64,000 bases of DNA from Sulfurovum sp. GTDB taxonomy: Bacteria; Campylobacterota; Campylobacteria; Campylobacterales; Sulfurovaceae. The position numbers and the translations under genes are program-made. This document shows, in pieces, positions 18,780 through 27,879 of the stretch (position 1 is the stretch's first letter; each line of letters opens with the position of its first letter). The stretch spans positions 32,767 to 96,766 of the forward strand of contig JANTGA010000001.1 of NCBI GenBank assembly GCA_024763175.1, read 5' to 3'. The notes beneath the pieces were generated by a model. The model searched no databases. It saw only the letters and a program-made list of their open reading frames with translations, and was not told the DNA's origin.

Positions 18780-20360
18780 GTGAAACGATTAATAGTTTGT
18801 TGTGACGGTACGTGGAATAGTGCTGAGCAGGAGGATAATGGTGTCAGTGCACCTACTAATGTAGTCAAGATATACAATGCCATAGCCGATGTCGATAGTG
18901 AGGGGGTTCGGCAGGAGAAGTATTATCATCCTGGTGTCGGCGGTGAGGATATCGGCCCGGTTGACGCGGTATTGGGTGGTGCTGTGGGCTTGGGTCTGGG
19001 ACGGCATATTCGCAGTGCCTATCACTGGCTGGGTAGCAATTATGAAGAGGGCGATGAGATCTATCTGTTTGGTTTCAGCCGGGGTGCCTTTACGGTGAGA
19101 AGCCTGGGTGGAATGCTGAGTCGGGGACTGCTCGATCTGCGCTATATCCCTACCAAAAATACATGGTCCCGCGTCAAAAAGGCGTATGATGAAGGCTATC
19201 GTAACAAGGATGCGAGTCTGGACGACTGGGCAGATCCTGACTGGGCATTTTTTCATAACAGAGAAGAGATGCCTATCCATTTCATCGGTGTGTGGGATAC
19301 AGTGGGCGCCCTGGGTGTACCCGATGATCTGGAGATTTTCAATTTTTTTGACGATAAGAAAAAATGGCAATTTCACGATACCTCTCTGGGGGACAATGTC
19401 AAACATGCCCGCCATGCCATGGCTATCGATGAGATGCGTTCGTGTTTTTGCGTGACGCGCTGGGAAAATGCTATCCATCATCCAGATGCTGTGGAGCTCT
19501 GGTTTCCCGGTGTCCACTCAGATGTGGGCGGTGGCTATGCAGAGTGTGACCTCTCAAACGGCGCGTTGAAATGGATGATCGATGAGAGCAGCAGTGTGGG
19601 GCTGGGCTTTCGAGACACTGCAACGCAGACCATACAGGCCAATCCACTGGGAGTGATGCACAACTCCTACAGAGGGGCCTTTGCCAAACTTCGTTCCAGA
19701 CCTCGAAATATACCTGCACTCATACCCCAAAATCATCAGCAGTTTCACAAGAGTGCGATCATACGTCAAGAGGTTTCACCTATCGAGCATCCTCTCTATC
19801 ACCCTACCAAGCTATTGGAGATTGGGGAGTCAGTGACAGTCAATATCTACGCAGATACCCACTGGAACCCCACGCATATCTATCTGCAAAAGGGCCATAT
19901 TTACAGCTTTTCTGCCAAAGGAGAGTGGAAGGATTGGAGAGACAGCTGTGACTGGAGAGGTACAGAGGATGGGCATCCGAGCACCGGTGATGTGATGCGG
20001 GCCGCCTCTTCCTTTTTGGGCAGGTTCGAAAAACAGTTCAAAAAACTCACCGATAACCAATCGACAGATTTTCTCGGAACGAAACGTGTAGAAAATCTGA
20101 AGTGGTTTACGATGGTGGGTGCCATCACCAATGATGCAGGCAAGGTGGATGTAGTGGGCAATGACGGCAGTCCGGTACCGCATCAATATATCGACCTTAC
20201 TGAGTACAAAGAGAAGCCTTTGAAGATCTCGGTGACAGAATCTTCAAGGATTCCTGTCGGTCCGGGATATCTCTACTGCTTCCCCAATGACGTATGGAGC
20301 CTCTACGGCAACAACCACGGCAGCATACAGTTGACAGTCACACGTCTACCGTCATCGTAA
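18780..20360 (+). CDS. DUF2235 (Tle1-like alpha/beta hydrolase) fused to a C-terminal PA-IL/LecA-like lectin domain
   Basis: 526 aa with the DUF2235 motifs LIVCCDGTWN, YHPGVGG, GFSRGA (GxSxG), GVWDTVGALG, HAMAIDEMR and WFPGVHSDVGGGY. The C-terminal ~180 aa end in FPNDVWSLYGNNHGSIQLTV, which resembles the LecA C-terminus as I recall it. GTG start after AAAGGAG. Confidence 0.85.
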   Translation: MKRLIVCCDGTWNSAEQEDNGVSAPTNVVKIYNAIADVDSEGVRQEKYYHPGVGGEDIGPVDAVLGGAVGLGLGRHIRSAYHWLGSNYEEGDEIYLFGFSRGAFTVRSLGGMLSRGLLDLRYIPTKNTWSRVKKAYDEGYRNKDASLDDWADPDWAFFHNREEMPIHFIGVWDTVGALGVPDDLEIFNFFDDKKKWQFHDTSLGDNVKHARHAMAIDEMRSCFCVTRWENAIHHPDAVELWFPGVHSDVGGGYAECDLSNGALKWMIDESSSVGLGFRDTATQTIQANPLGVMHNSYRGAFAKLRSRPRNIPALIPQNHQQFHKSAIIRQEVSPIEHPLYHPTKLLEIGESVTVNIYADTHWNPTHIYLQKGHIYSFSAKGEWKDWRDSCDWRGTEDGHPSTGDVMRAASSFLGRFEKQFKKLTDNQSTDFLGTKRVENLKWFTMVGAITNDAGKVDVVGNDGSPVPHQYIDLTEYKEKPLKISVTESSRIPVGPGYLYCFPNDVWSLYGNNHGSIQLTVTRLPSS

Positions 20361-20383
20361 ACATAAGGCTCTTCATTCTGATT

Positions 20384-20392
20384 ATGCTATAA
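20384..20392 (+). promoter_or_regulatory. Extended -10 promoter element (TGcTATAAT) upstream of mtnN
   Basis: Exact TGnTATAAT 39 nt upstream of ATG 20431. Its position argues against the upstream TTG 20401 start. Confidence 0.4.
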
Positions 20393-20430
20393 TCCGATCT
20401 TTGAACCATATGCCCCAACAAAGGAAAAAG

Positions 20431-21123
20431 ATGAAAATAGCTATTATGGGTGCAATGCCCGAAGAGATCGAGCCGCTTCTCTTGCACGTTGAGAATGTAA
20501 CAAAAACAGAGTATGCCGCCAATACCTACTATGAAGCAGAATACAAAGGCAAAGAGCTAGTCATAGCCTACTCCAAGATCGGCAAAGTATTTGCAGCATT
20601 GACAGCGGCGACATTGATCGAAAAATTCGGGTGCGATCTTCTGCTCTTTTCCGGTGTAGCCGGGGCGATCGACCCAGATCTGGAGATCGGCGATCTGATC
20701 ATTGCGGATGGATTGTGTCAGCATGATCTGGATATCACAGCCTTCGGGCATCCGCATGGCTATGTGCCGGAGGGGGAAGTCTGTATCGCTACCGACAGCT
20801 ATCTGCGGGATGTTGCCAAAGGGGTCGCCGCCCGAAAGGGTATCGTACTCAAAGAGGGGATCATCGCGACAGGCGATCAGTTCGTCGCCAACGCGGAACG
20901 CAAAAGCTGGATTGCTAAAATATTTGATGCCCATGCCCTGGAGATGGAGGGGGCGAGTGTTGCCGTCGTCTGCAATGCGCTCGAAGTACCTTTCTTTATC
21001 CTGCGTGCGATCAGTGACAGCGCCGATATGGATGCAGGATTTGATTTTGATACTTTTCTGGAGAGTTCTGCCAAAGTGAGTGCGGACTTTATTTTGGATA
21101 TGGTAGAAGCGATTGAGAAGTGA
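20431..21123 (+). CDS. mtnN: 5'-methylthioadenosine/S-adenosylhomocysteine (aminodeoxyfutalosine) nucleosidase
   Basis: MKIAIMGAMPEEIEPL..., GVAGA and EMEGASVA motifs of the PNP_UDP_1 MTA/SAH nucleosidases. ATG 20431 follows AAAGGAAAAAG. Confidence 0.9.
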   Translation: MKIAIMGAMPEEIEPLLLHVENVTKTEYAANTYYEAEYKGKELVIAYSKIGKVFAALTAATLIEKFGCDLLLFSGVAGAIDPDLEIGDLIIADGLCQHDLDITAFGHPHGYVPEGEVCIATDSYLRDVAKGVAARKGIVLKEGIIATGDQFVANAERKSWIAKIFDAHALEMEGASVAVVCNALEVPFFILRAISDSADMDAGFDFDTFLESSAKVSADFILDMVEAIEK

Positions 21124-21904
21124 TACCAAACGAGTAAATCTCAGTAAGAAAATTCTCAAAATTACCGGTAAGACCAATGCCCAATTTCGTCTTATCGGAG
21201 AGGGTGATAAGGTACTTGTTGGATTGAGCGGCGGCAAAGATTCGTTGGCTTTGGTTCATACGCTCAAGTATATCCAGAGACATGCGCCGTTTGATTTTGA
21301 GTTTGAAGCGTGTACGGTACATTATGGCATGCCGGGTGAGGATTATACTTACCTCAAAAAGCACTGTGAGGAGCAGGGGATCCATCATACGGTTTATGAG
21401 ACGGGAATTTTTGATATTTCGCAGGATGCCATTCGTGAAAATAGCTCATTTTGTTCTTTTTTTTCCCGTATGCGGCGCGGCGCTCTTTATACTTATGCCC
21501 AAAAGGGAGGATTTACAAAGATCGCGCTTGGACATCATCTGGATGATGCAGTTGAGAGCTTTTTTATGAATATGTTTTACAACGGTACGATGCGTTCGAT
21601 GGCGCCGATCTACAAAACAGACAGAGGATTCCATGTGATCCGCCCACTGATACAGGTCAGAGAGCGCCAACTCAGAGCATTTGCCGATGAAAACAATCTG
21701 CATACGATCGGAGATGAGTCCTGTCCGGCAATGATGAAAAATGTCAAGTTGCCCCACGCGAGAGAAAAGACCAAGCAGTGGCTTGCCGAGATGGAGAGGG
21801 GACATGAAAACATTTTCAAGATGATCAATGCCTCTTTCAGGCATATCCACGAGGATACCTTCTTTGACCCTGATCGCTGGAAGCGGGATGATATCATTGA
21901 CTAA
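21113..21904 (+). CDS. PP-loop ATPase, TtcA-like tRNA thiolation protein
   Basis: 263 aa with PP-loop SGGKDS, a region FCSFFSRMRRGALY resembling TtcA CSLCSRLRRGILY, and KIALGHHLDD. TTG start overlaps the mtnN end. Confidence 0.8.
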   Translation: MRSDTKRVNLSKKILKITGKTNAQFRLIGEGDKVLVGLSGGKDSLALVHTLKYIQRHAPFDFEFEACTVHYGMPGEDYTYLKKHCEEQGIHHTVYETGIFDISQDAIRENSSFCSFFSRMRRGALYTYAQKGGFTKIALGHHLDDAVESFFMNMFYNGTMRSMAPIYKTDRGFHVIRPLIQVRERQLRAFADENNLHTIGDESCPAMMKNVKLPHAREKTKQWLAEMERGHENIFKMINASFRHIHEDTFFDPDRWKRDDIID

Positions 21905-21911
21905 AGACAAG

Positions 21912-22856
21912 ATGATTATTCTCAAAAAGAGCGGCAGGATCGATAAGGTATTGGCTGAAGCACTCTCTGTCAGTCGCAATCAGGTCGAAAAATTGATACG
22001 CGATGGTCTCGTTGGGGTCAATGGCAAATGCGTCAATAAAACCAGCCATAAACTTATTGAGGGTGACGAGGTGGCATATCGATTTAAAGAGGCAGAGAAG
22101 AGAGAAGCACAAGCGATCGATTTTGATGTAGAGATCCTCTATGAGGATGAGCAGATGATGGTCGTCAACAAGCCGAGTGGGCTGGTGGTGCATCCTGCGC
22201 CCAGCGTGAAGGAGCCGACGCTGGTGGATTGGCTGATCCATAAAGGAGTATCGCTCTCTACTGTTTCGGGAGAAGAGCGGCATGGTATCGTGCATCGCAT
22301 CGACAAGGAGACGACGGGTGCCCTGGTGATCGCCAAGACGAATGAAGCACATCAAAAGCTCAGTGAGCAGCTTCAGGATAAGAGTATGGGGCGCTACTAT
22401 CTGGCGATGATCGACTATCCACTCAAAGAAAATTGTATCGTAGAGAAGCCGATCGGCAGAAATCCAAAAAATCGTCTGAAAATGGATGTCGTTCCTCAGG
22501 GAAAAGCAGCCAAAACAGCTTTTGTGAAGCTGGCTGAAGGAAAAGGGAATATGGAGCTGATCATTGCCAAGCTTTTCACAGGAAGAACCCATCAGATCCG
22601 TGTCCATCTCCAGAGTCTCGGACGGCATATTCTTGGTGACGATTTATATGGATTTAAGAGCAAAAAAGATACAATCGCGAGAGTAAAATTGCATGCATAT
22701 CTGCTCTATCTGAATCATCCGTCAAGTGGTGAAAAAATGGAGTTTGTCGCCCCTCTATTTAATGATATGAAAATATTATTTTCCAAAAATTTTAATGAAG
22801 AAGAGATCAAAGAGAAGATTGATCCAGATCGCATTAACCGCTATTTTATAAGCTAA
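21912..22856 (+). CDS. rluD: 23S rRNA pseudouridine synthase, RluD family
   Basis: S4 domain (RIDKVLAEALSVSRNQVEKLI), catalytic HRIDKETTGALV, and TGRTHQIRVH. ATG 21912 was chosen because it lies just after the ttcA-like stop. Confidence 0.9.
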   Translation: MIILKKSGRIDKVLAEALSVSRNQVEKLIRDGLVGVNGKCVNKTSHKLIEGDEVAYRFKEAEKREAQAIDFDVEILYEDEQMMVVNKPSGLVVHPAPSVKEPTLVDWLIHKGVSLSTVSGEERHGIVHRIDKETTGALVIAKTNEAHQKLSEQLQDKSMGRYYLAMIDYPLKENCIVEKPIGRNPKNRLKMDVVPQGKAAKTAFVKLAEGKGNMELIIAKLFTGRTHQIRVHLQSLGRHILGDDLYGFKSKKDTIARVKLHAYLLYLNHPSSGEKMEFVAPLFNDMKILFSKNFNEEEIKEKIDPDRINRYFIS

Positions 22857-22890
22857 AAGATGATCAGTACAAAAAAGAGAAGAGAGAACG

Positions 22891-24063
22891 ATGCCACATA
22901 TCAAAGTCAAGCCGATCAGTCACAGTGTATGGGAGAGTATTGATCAGCTCACAGAGCTTGTGGTCTTCAGGGCTGACCCGCTCAACGGGACAGACTATCT
23001 GCTGGGCATCGAATATCAGGGAGAAGAGTTTCTCTTGCAGCGCAAGCGTGAAAAAGAGCTGGATATGCTCAAATATGACAAGGTGACCCGCCCCCTCAAG
23101 GTGAGCCTGATCAAAGAGGTACTGGCTCTGCTCGCCCTGGATCTGAAACTGGAGATCGTGAGCTCCAATATTGCGCAGTCAAGAGAGAAGCCGCCGCTGG
23201 CTTCACAGGCTTTCAAAAAGATCAAAGATTTTGAATCGATAGCGTATCCTTTTGAGACGATGGCGGTTGAGGTTGGCTTCGGGAGCGGGAGACATCTGCT
23301 CTATCAGGCGAAAAAGCATCCCGAAAGACTCCATATCGGTATCGAGATCCATACACCATCCGCACAGCAGGTACTGCGGCAGATCGAGCTGCAGGGCTTG
23401 AAAAATATCTGGGTGGTCAATTATGATGCCCGTCTTTTTCTGGAGATGCTGCCATCCAACAGCTGCGAAAAGATCTTTGTTCACTTCCCTGTACCCTGGG
23501 ACAAAAAGCCGCATCGCAGAGTGATTAGCCCCAGTTTTACAGAAGAGTCATTGCGGGTATTGGCTCGGGGGGGACGACTGGAGCTTCGCACAGACAGTGA
23601 AAAATACTTTTGGTATAGTATGGAACTCTTTTTTGCGCTTCCTCAAGCGGAAGTTTGCATCGAAAAGAATATCGATCCTACCGTGACGAGCAAGTATGAA
23701 GCACGATGGAAACGGCAGGAGAAAGATATCTATGAAGTCCAAGTGACTTCCCGGGAGCACTCTGAGGAAAAGTCACTTGAGATTGACTTCTCATTTTCGG
23801 ATTGTGGCTATCGGGCGGGGCTTGAAGATCGTCTGCCGCCCAAAGCCATTATCGAAGAGGGCTATTTTGTGCATTTTGAGAAGATATACAGGATAGGAGA
23901 GAGCAGACTGCTTCTTAAATGTGCTTTTGGGAGTTTTGACAGGCCTGAGCATAAATATATTTCGGTTGATAAAGAGATGTGCCGATATTATGCATCAACA
24001 CCGGTCAAAACAAGCGTCAACCAACAGGCACACCAGAAAATTGTGGAGTATTTACATGTCTAA
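22891..24063 (+). CDS. trmB: tRNA (guanine46-N7)-methyltransferase, long form
   Basis: 390 aa with the SAM-MTase core VEVGFGSGRHLL...IGIEIH...FPVPWDKKPHRRV, flanked by N- and C-terminal extensions. Confidence 0.85.
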   Translation: MPHIKVKPISHSVWESIDQLTELVVFRADPLNGTDYLLGIEYQGEEFLLQRKREKELDMLKYDKVTRPLKVSLIKEVLALLALDLKLEIVSSNIAQSREKPPLASQAFKKIKDFESIAYPFETMAVEVGFGSGRHLLYQAKKHPERLHIGIEIHTPSAQQVLRQIELQGLKNIWVVNYDARLFLEMLPSNSCEKIFVHFPVPWDKKPHRRVISPSFTEESLRVLARGGRLELRTDSEKYFWYSMELFFALPQAEVCIEKNIDPTVTSKYEARWKRQEKDIYEVQVTSREHSEEKSLEIDFSFSDCGYRAGLEDRLPPKAIIEEGYFVHFEKIYRIGESRLLLKCAFGSFDRPEHKYISVDKEMCRYYASTPVKTSVNQQAHQKIVEYLHV

Positions 24064-24730
24064 TAATTTCGTCATTGATGCATCAAATCTTACGTTGTCA
24101 TACGGGGATACTGAGATTATCAGAGATGCGAGTTTTTCTATCAAAAAAAGTGAATTTGTCTTCATAACAGGCCCCAGCGGCAGCGGCAAATCAACACTGC
24201 TGAAGTCGCTCTACGGGCAGCTCGATCCGACACAGGGTAGTTTGATCATCGGTGGCCTTGATATGAGGAGAATAGGAAGCAGGAAACTTCAGGATCTCAG
24301 GACACATTTGGGGATCATCTTTCAGGATTATAAATTGATCAATGAGTGGACCGTCAAAAAGAATGTTGTACTACCTCTGATGATCGCCGGGTACTCTGTC
24401 GATGTACAGGAAGCACAGTCAGAGCGGCTCCTGAAGCATGTTAAGCTTACCGACCTTAAGGATCGCTATCCCTTGGAGTTGAGCGGTGGTGAGCAGCAGC
24501 GCGTGGGTGTCGCACGTGCGTTGGCAAAAAATCCCTTTTTGATCCTGGCAGATGAGCCGACGGGAAATCTCGATGAATATTCCTCCAATGTCATCTGGGA
24601 TTTGATGGAAAATGCCTGTGAACAGCTCAAGACAACGGTCTTGGTCGTGACACACAAGATCCCCTCTACTTTCAGCAATCCCTATCGCCATTTTATCATT
24701 GAGAGCAAGGGTGTTTATGAAGTTCATTAA
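24056..24730 (+). CDS. ftsE: Cell-division ABC ATPase FtsE
   Basis: Walker A GPSGSGKST, signature LSGGEQQRV and Walker B LILADEPTGNLD. ATG 24056 overlaps the trmB stop. Confidence 0.9.
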   Translation: MSNNFVIDASNLTLSYGDTEIIRDASFSIKKSEFVFITGPSGSGKSTLLKSLYGQLDPTQGSLIIGGLDMRRIGSRKLQDLRTHLGIIFQDYKLINEWTVKKNVVLPLMIAGYSVDVQEAQSERLLKHVKLTDLKDRYPLELSGGEQQRVGVARALAKNPFLILADEPTGNLDEYSSNVIWDLMENACEQLKTTVLVVTHKIPSTFSNPYRHFIIESKGVYEVH

Positions 24731-25526
24731 ATATCACCTTACCTTTATTCTTCCGATGATGGCTATTCTTTTGGGTGTGGAGTTTTTTCTAGTCTTTGAT
24801 CGAACAACTGATAATTACGAAAAAAGACTCAAGGAAGGGTATTCGATGTTTGTGGTCACCAAAAAAGCATTGGACCTGGATGATTTTAGAAGCTTGAACA
24901 AGCATATTGACCGCAGTGAAGAGGTAGATAGAAATGTGCTTGCGGAGCAGATATCCAAGGGTATCAACCAGGAAGACAGCAGGGAGATACTCAAAGCGCT
25001 GCCTTATTTCTACAATGTGAAGCTGGATAGTTATATGCAGAGTTCGGCCCTCAGGACGATCAAAAAAGACTTGGAAAAAAGTGAGAATGTCAGGAGAGTA
25101 GAAACATTTGGGAGCAGCTATACAAGCAGCTACAAACTCTTCAGTTTTATCAAGTTTACGCTCAAGGCCTTTATCGGTTTTATGGGGTTGGTTAGTTTTT
25201 TTCTGATCGTCAAGCAGATGGAAATATGGAAATATGAACATAAGGAGCGCATGAAAGTGATGGAGATTTTCGGGGCTCCCATGATGCTGAGAAGCGGCGT
25301 GCTGTTTCGTGTAGCAATTATCGATGCGATCATATCAACATTTCTGACCAGTGCAATCTTTATGGCGTTGAAATATCAGTGGGCAAAGGAGAGCCATATT
25401 GATATCTTGATGCAGAAGAAAAGTCTTCTGTTTCAATCCAGTGACTTGGTTGTTTTGCTTGGAATATCCCTGCTGATTGTCATCATTTCTGTCTATTTTG
25501 TCGTTTTTGGCAGCAAGAAGGAGTAG
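24717..25526 (+). CDS. ftsX: FtsX-like permease
   Basis: About 269 aa with four TM segments and a large first periplasmic loop. Overlaps the ftsE stop. Confidence 0.75.
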   Translation: MKFIKYHLTFILPMMAILLGVEFFLVFDRTTDNYEKRLKEGYSMFVVTKKALDLDDFRSLNKHIDRSEEVDRNVLAEQISKGINQEDSREILKALPYFYNVKLDSYMQSSALRTIKKDLEKSENVRRVETFGSSYTSSYKLFSFIKFTLKAFIGFMGLVSFFLIVKQMEIWKYEHKERMKVMEIFGAPMMLRSGVLFRVAIIDAIISTFLTSAIFMALKYQWAKESHIDILMQKKSLLFQSSDLVVLLGISLLIVIISVYFVVFGSKKE

Positions 25527-25530
25527 CCTG

Positions 25531-26853
25531 ATGAAAAAGATCAGCATCCTTTTAGCGCTTCTTCTTTTGACACTATCAGTATTCTCTGCAGATTCAACTG
25601 TCAAAAAAATCAAGCTTTCTGAAAAAAATCTGAAGGCGAGAAAAAAGGAACAGAAAAAAACGAGTGAGCAGCTTGATAAGATCGCTAAAGAGATAAAAAA
25701 AGCCAAGCTTGAAAATCAGGTACTCAACCAAAAGTTGGAAGTGCTAAGTCAAAAATATAGCCAAAGCAGTGCAGATTATCAAGCATTGAAAAAAACTTTG
25801 ACTGGATATGACCACAATCTCAGTCGGATCAGTCAAAAGATCAAAGAAAAAAATCAAATATTTGTCGAGGTGCTTGCCAACCAGTCCAGTATTATCTATG
25901 CTATGAGTCAATCACATGAGCCTACCAGAGAATCGATCGTTATGAAAGAGGCTTATAGGCTTCTCAAAAAGCAAAATACCAAAGCGTTGGCAAAACTCAA
26001 AAAGCAGATCGATCAAAACAAGGCTCAAAAAAGAAAGATTTATACAAAAAGATCAAGTGTCAAAAAAAGAATCAATCAAATACAAAAACAGAGAAATGAG
26101 TATCAAAAACAGAGAGCGGCAAAGCAGAAGTTGACCAGCAGACTGGAAGCCAGTGAAGAGCAGTACAGAAAAAAACTGCAAAGAACGATGGACCAACAGA
26201 ACGCACTGCGTTCGACACTGGCAGATTTGAATATTCTCCGCAAAAAAGAGGTGGAAGAAGAGCGCAGGATTGCTGCAGAACAGAAGGCTGCCATGCTCGT
26301 TGAGAAAAAGAGAAAAAGAGAAGAGCGGGAGAGGCGCAGACGGGCCAGGGATGAAGCCAGAAAAAAGGGAGAAAAGGTTGTCTATACAGCCAAAGCCAAG
26401 CCAAGCAAGAGTCGCAAAAAAAGAAAGAAACTAGGCTCTTCATATAAAAAAAGTAAAATATATACCTATCATGGGACGAAGACGATATCGCCTATACAGG
26501 GAGCAAAAGTCGTAAAGGGCTTCGGTGCCTACATTGATCCCATTTATAAGATCAAGATATTTAATGAATCGATTACCCTGAAAGCTCCTGCACGTAATGC
26601 CAAAGTCCACAATATACTCAATGGAAAAGTGGTCTTTTCCGGTTCCAGTTCTATGCTGGGAAAAGTAGTCGTCGTGTCTCATAGTGGGAGGATGCACACG
26701 GTTTATGCCGGGCTATCGAAGATCGCACCCAATATACGAAAAGGAACCAGAATCAAGAAAGGATATGTGATCGGCAGGGTTTCACGTAAACTGATGTTTG
26801 AGGTGACAAAGAATTCAAAGCATATCAATCCCGTGAAACTGATAAAGCTCTAG
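25531..26853 (+). CDS. envC: M23-family peptidase / murein hydrolase activator (EnvC-like)
   Basis: Signal peptide, about 280 aa of Lys/Arg/Glu coiled coil, and a C-terminal LytM/M23 fold (GKVVFSGSSSMLGKVVVVSHSGRMHTVYAGL). Lies after ftsEX. Confidence 0.8.
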   Translation: MKKISILLALLLLTLSVFSADSTVKKIKLSEKNLKARKKEQKKTSEQLDKIAKEIKKAKLENQVLNQKLEVLSQKYSQSSADYQALKKTLTGYDHNLSRISQKIKEKNQIFVEVLANQSSIIYAMSQSHEPTRESIVMKEAYRLLKKQNTKALAKLKKQIDQNKAQKRKIYTKRSSVKKRINQIQKQRNEYQKQRAAKQKLTSRLEASEEQYRKKLQRTMDQQNALRSTLADLNILRKKEVEEERRIAAEQKAAMLVEKKRKREERERRRRARDEARKKGEKVVYTAKAKPSKSRKKRKKLGSSYKKSKIYTYHGTKTISPIQGAKVVKGFGAYIDPIYKIKIFNESITLKAPARNAKVHNILNGKVVFSGSSSMLGKVVVVSHSGRMHTVYAGLSKIAPNIRKGTRIKKGYVIGRVSRKLMFEVTKNSKHINPVKLIKL

Positions 26854-26897
26854 CCAAGTTTCGGCTTTAACCCTCTCTAAACCACTTTTGGATATAA

Positions 26898-27632
<735 letters not shown>

Positions 27633-27666
27633 TTATTATAGGGAAGCAGTCCCGAGAAGGAAAAAA

Positions 27667-27873
27667 ATGAGAGTAGAACAACTTACGGCCAAAGCATTGA
27701 AAAATGTAAATTTTGATCGATATCTTCTCGCAAGTGCGGTAGGAAAAAGAGCAGAAGAGCTTGCACGCGGTGCACAAGCTCTGGTTGATTATGAGCAGAA
27801 AAATCTTAAATATACTGATATCGCCCTTCTCGAAATCGCTGAAGGCAAATTATCGGTCAGCCTGGAGAGCTAA
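27667..27873 (+). CDS. rpoZ: DNA-directed RNA polymerase omega subunit
   Basis: 68 aa with NFDRYLLASAVGKRAEEL. Lies directly upstream of spoT. Confidence 0.8.
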   Translation: MRVEQLTAKALKNVNFDRYLLASAVGKRAEELARGAQALVDYEQKNLKYTDIALLEIAEGKLSVSLES

Positions 27874-27879
27874 ACTCCT

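Noticed and set aside
18789-19517. A 242-aa minus-strand ORF inside the DUF2235 gene.
   Set aside because: It is antisense to a gene with a complete DUF2235 motif series, and its translation has no recognisable features.
18780-20360. Calling the DUF2235 protein a type VI secretion Tle1 effector.
   Set aside because: There are no Hcp, VgrG, PAAR, TssA-M or Tli-type immunity genes anywhere in the 64 kb. Membership of the DUF2235 family alone does not establish T6SS delivery, so I describe it only as Tle1-like.
20557-21237. A 226-aa minus-strand ORF. Similar antisense ORFs occur at 21446-21979, 21894-22628, 30027-30731, 41137-41652, 55447-56085 and 58652-59407.
   Set aside because: All are antisense to confidently identified housekeeping genes (mtnN, ttcA-like, rluD, tyrS, hisB, the DASS carrier, gltD), and none shows a motif.
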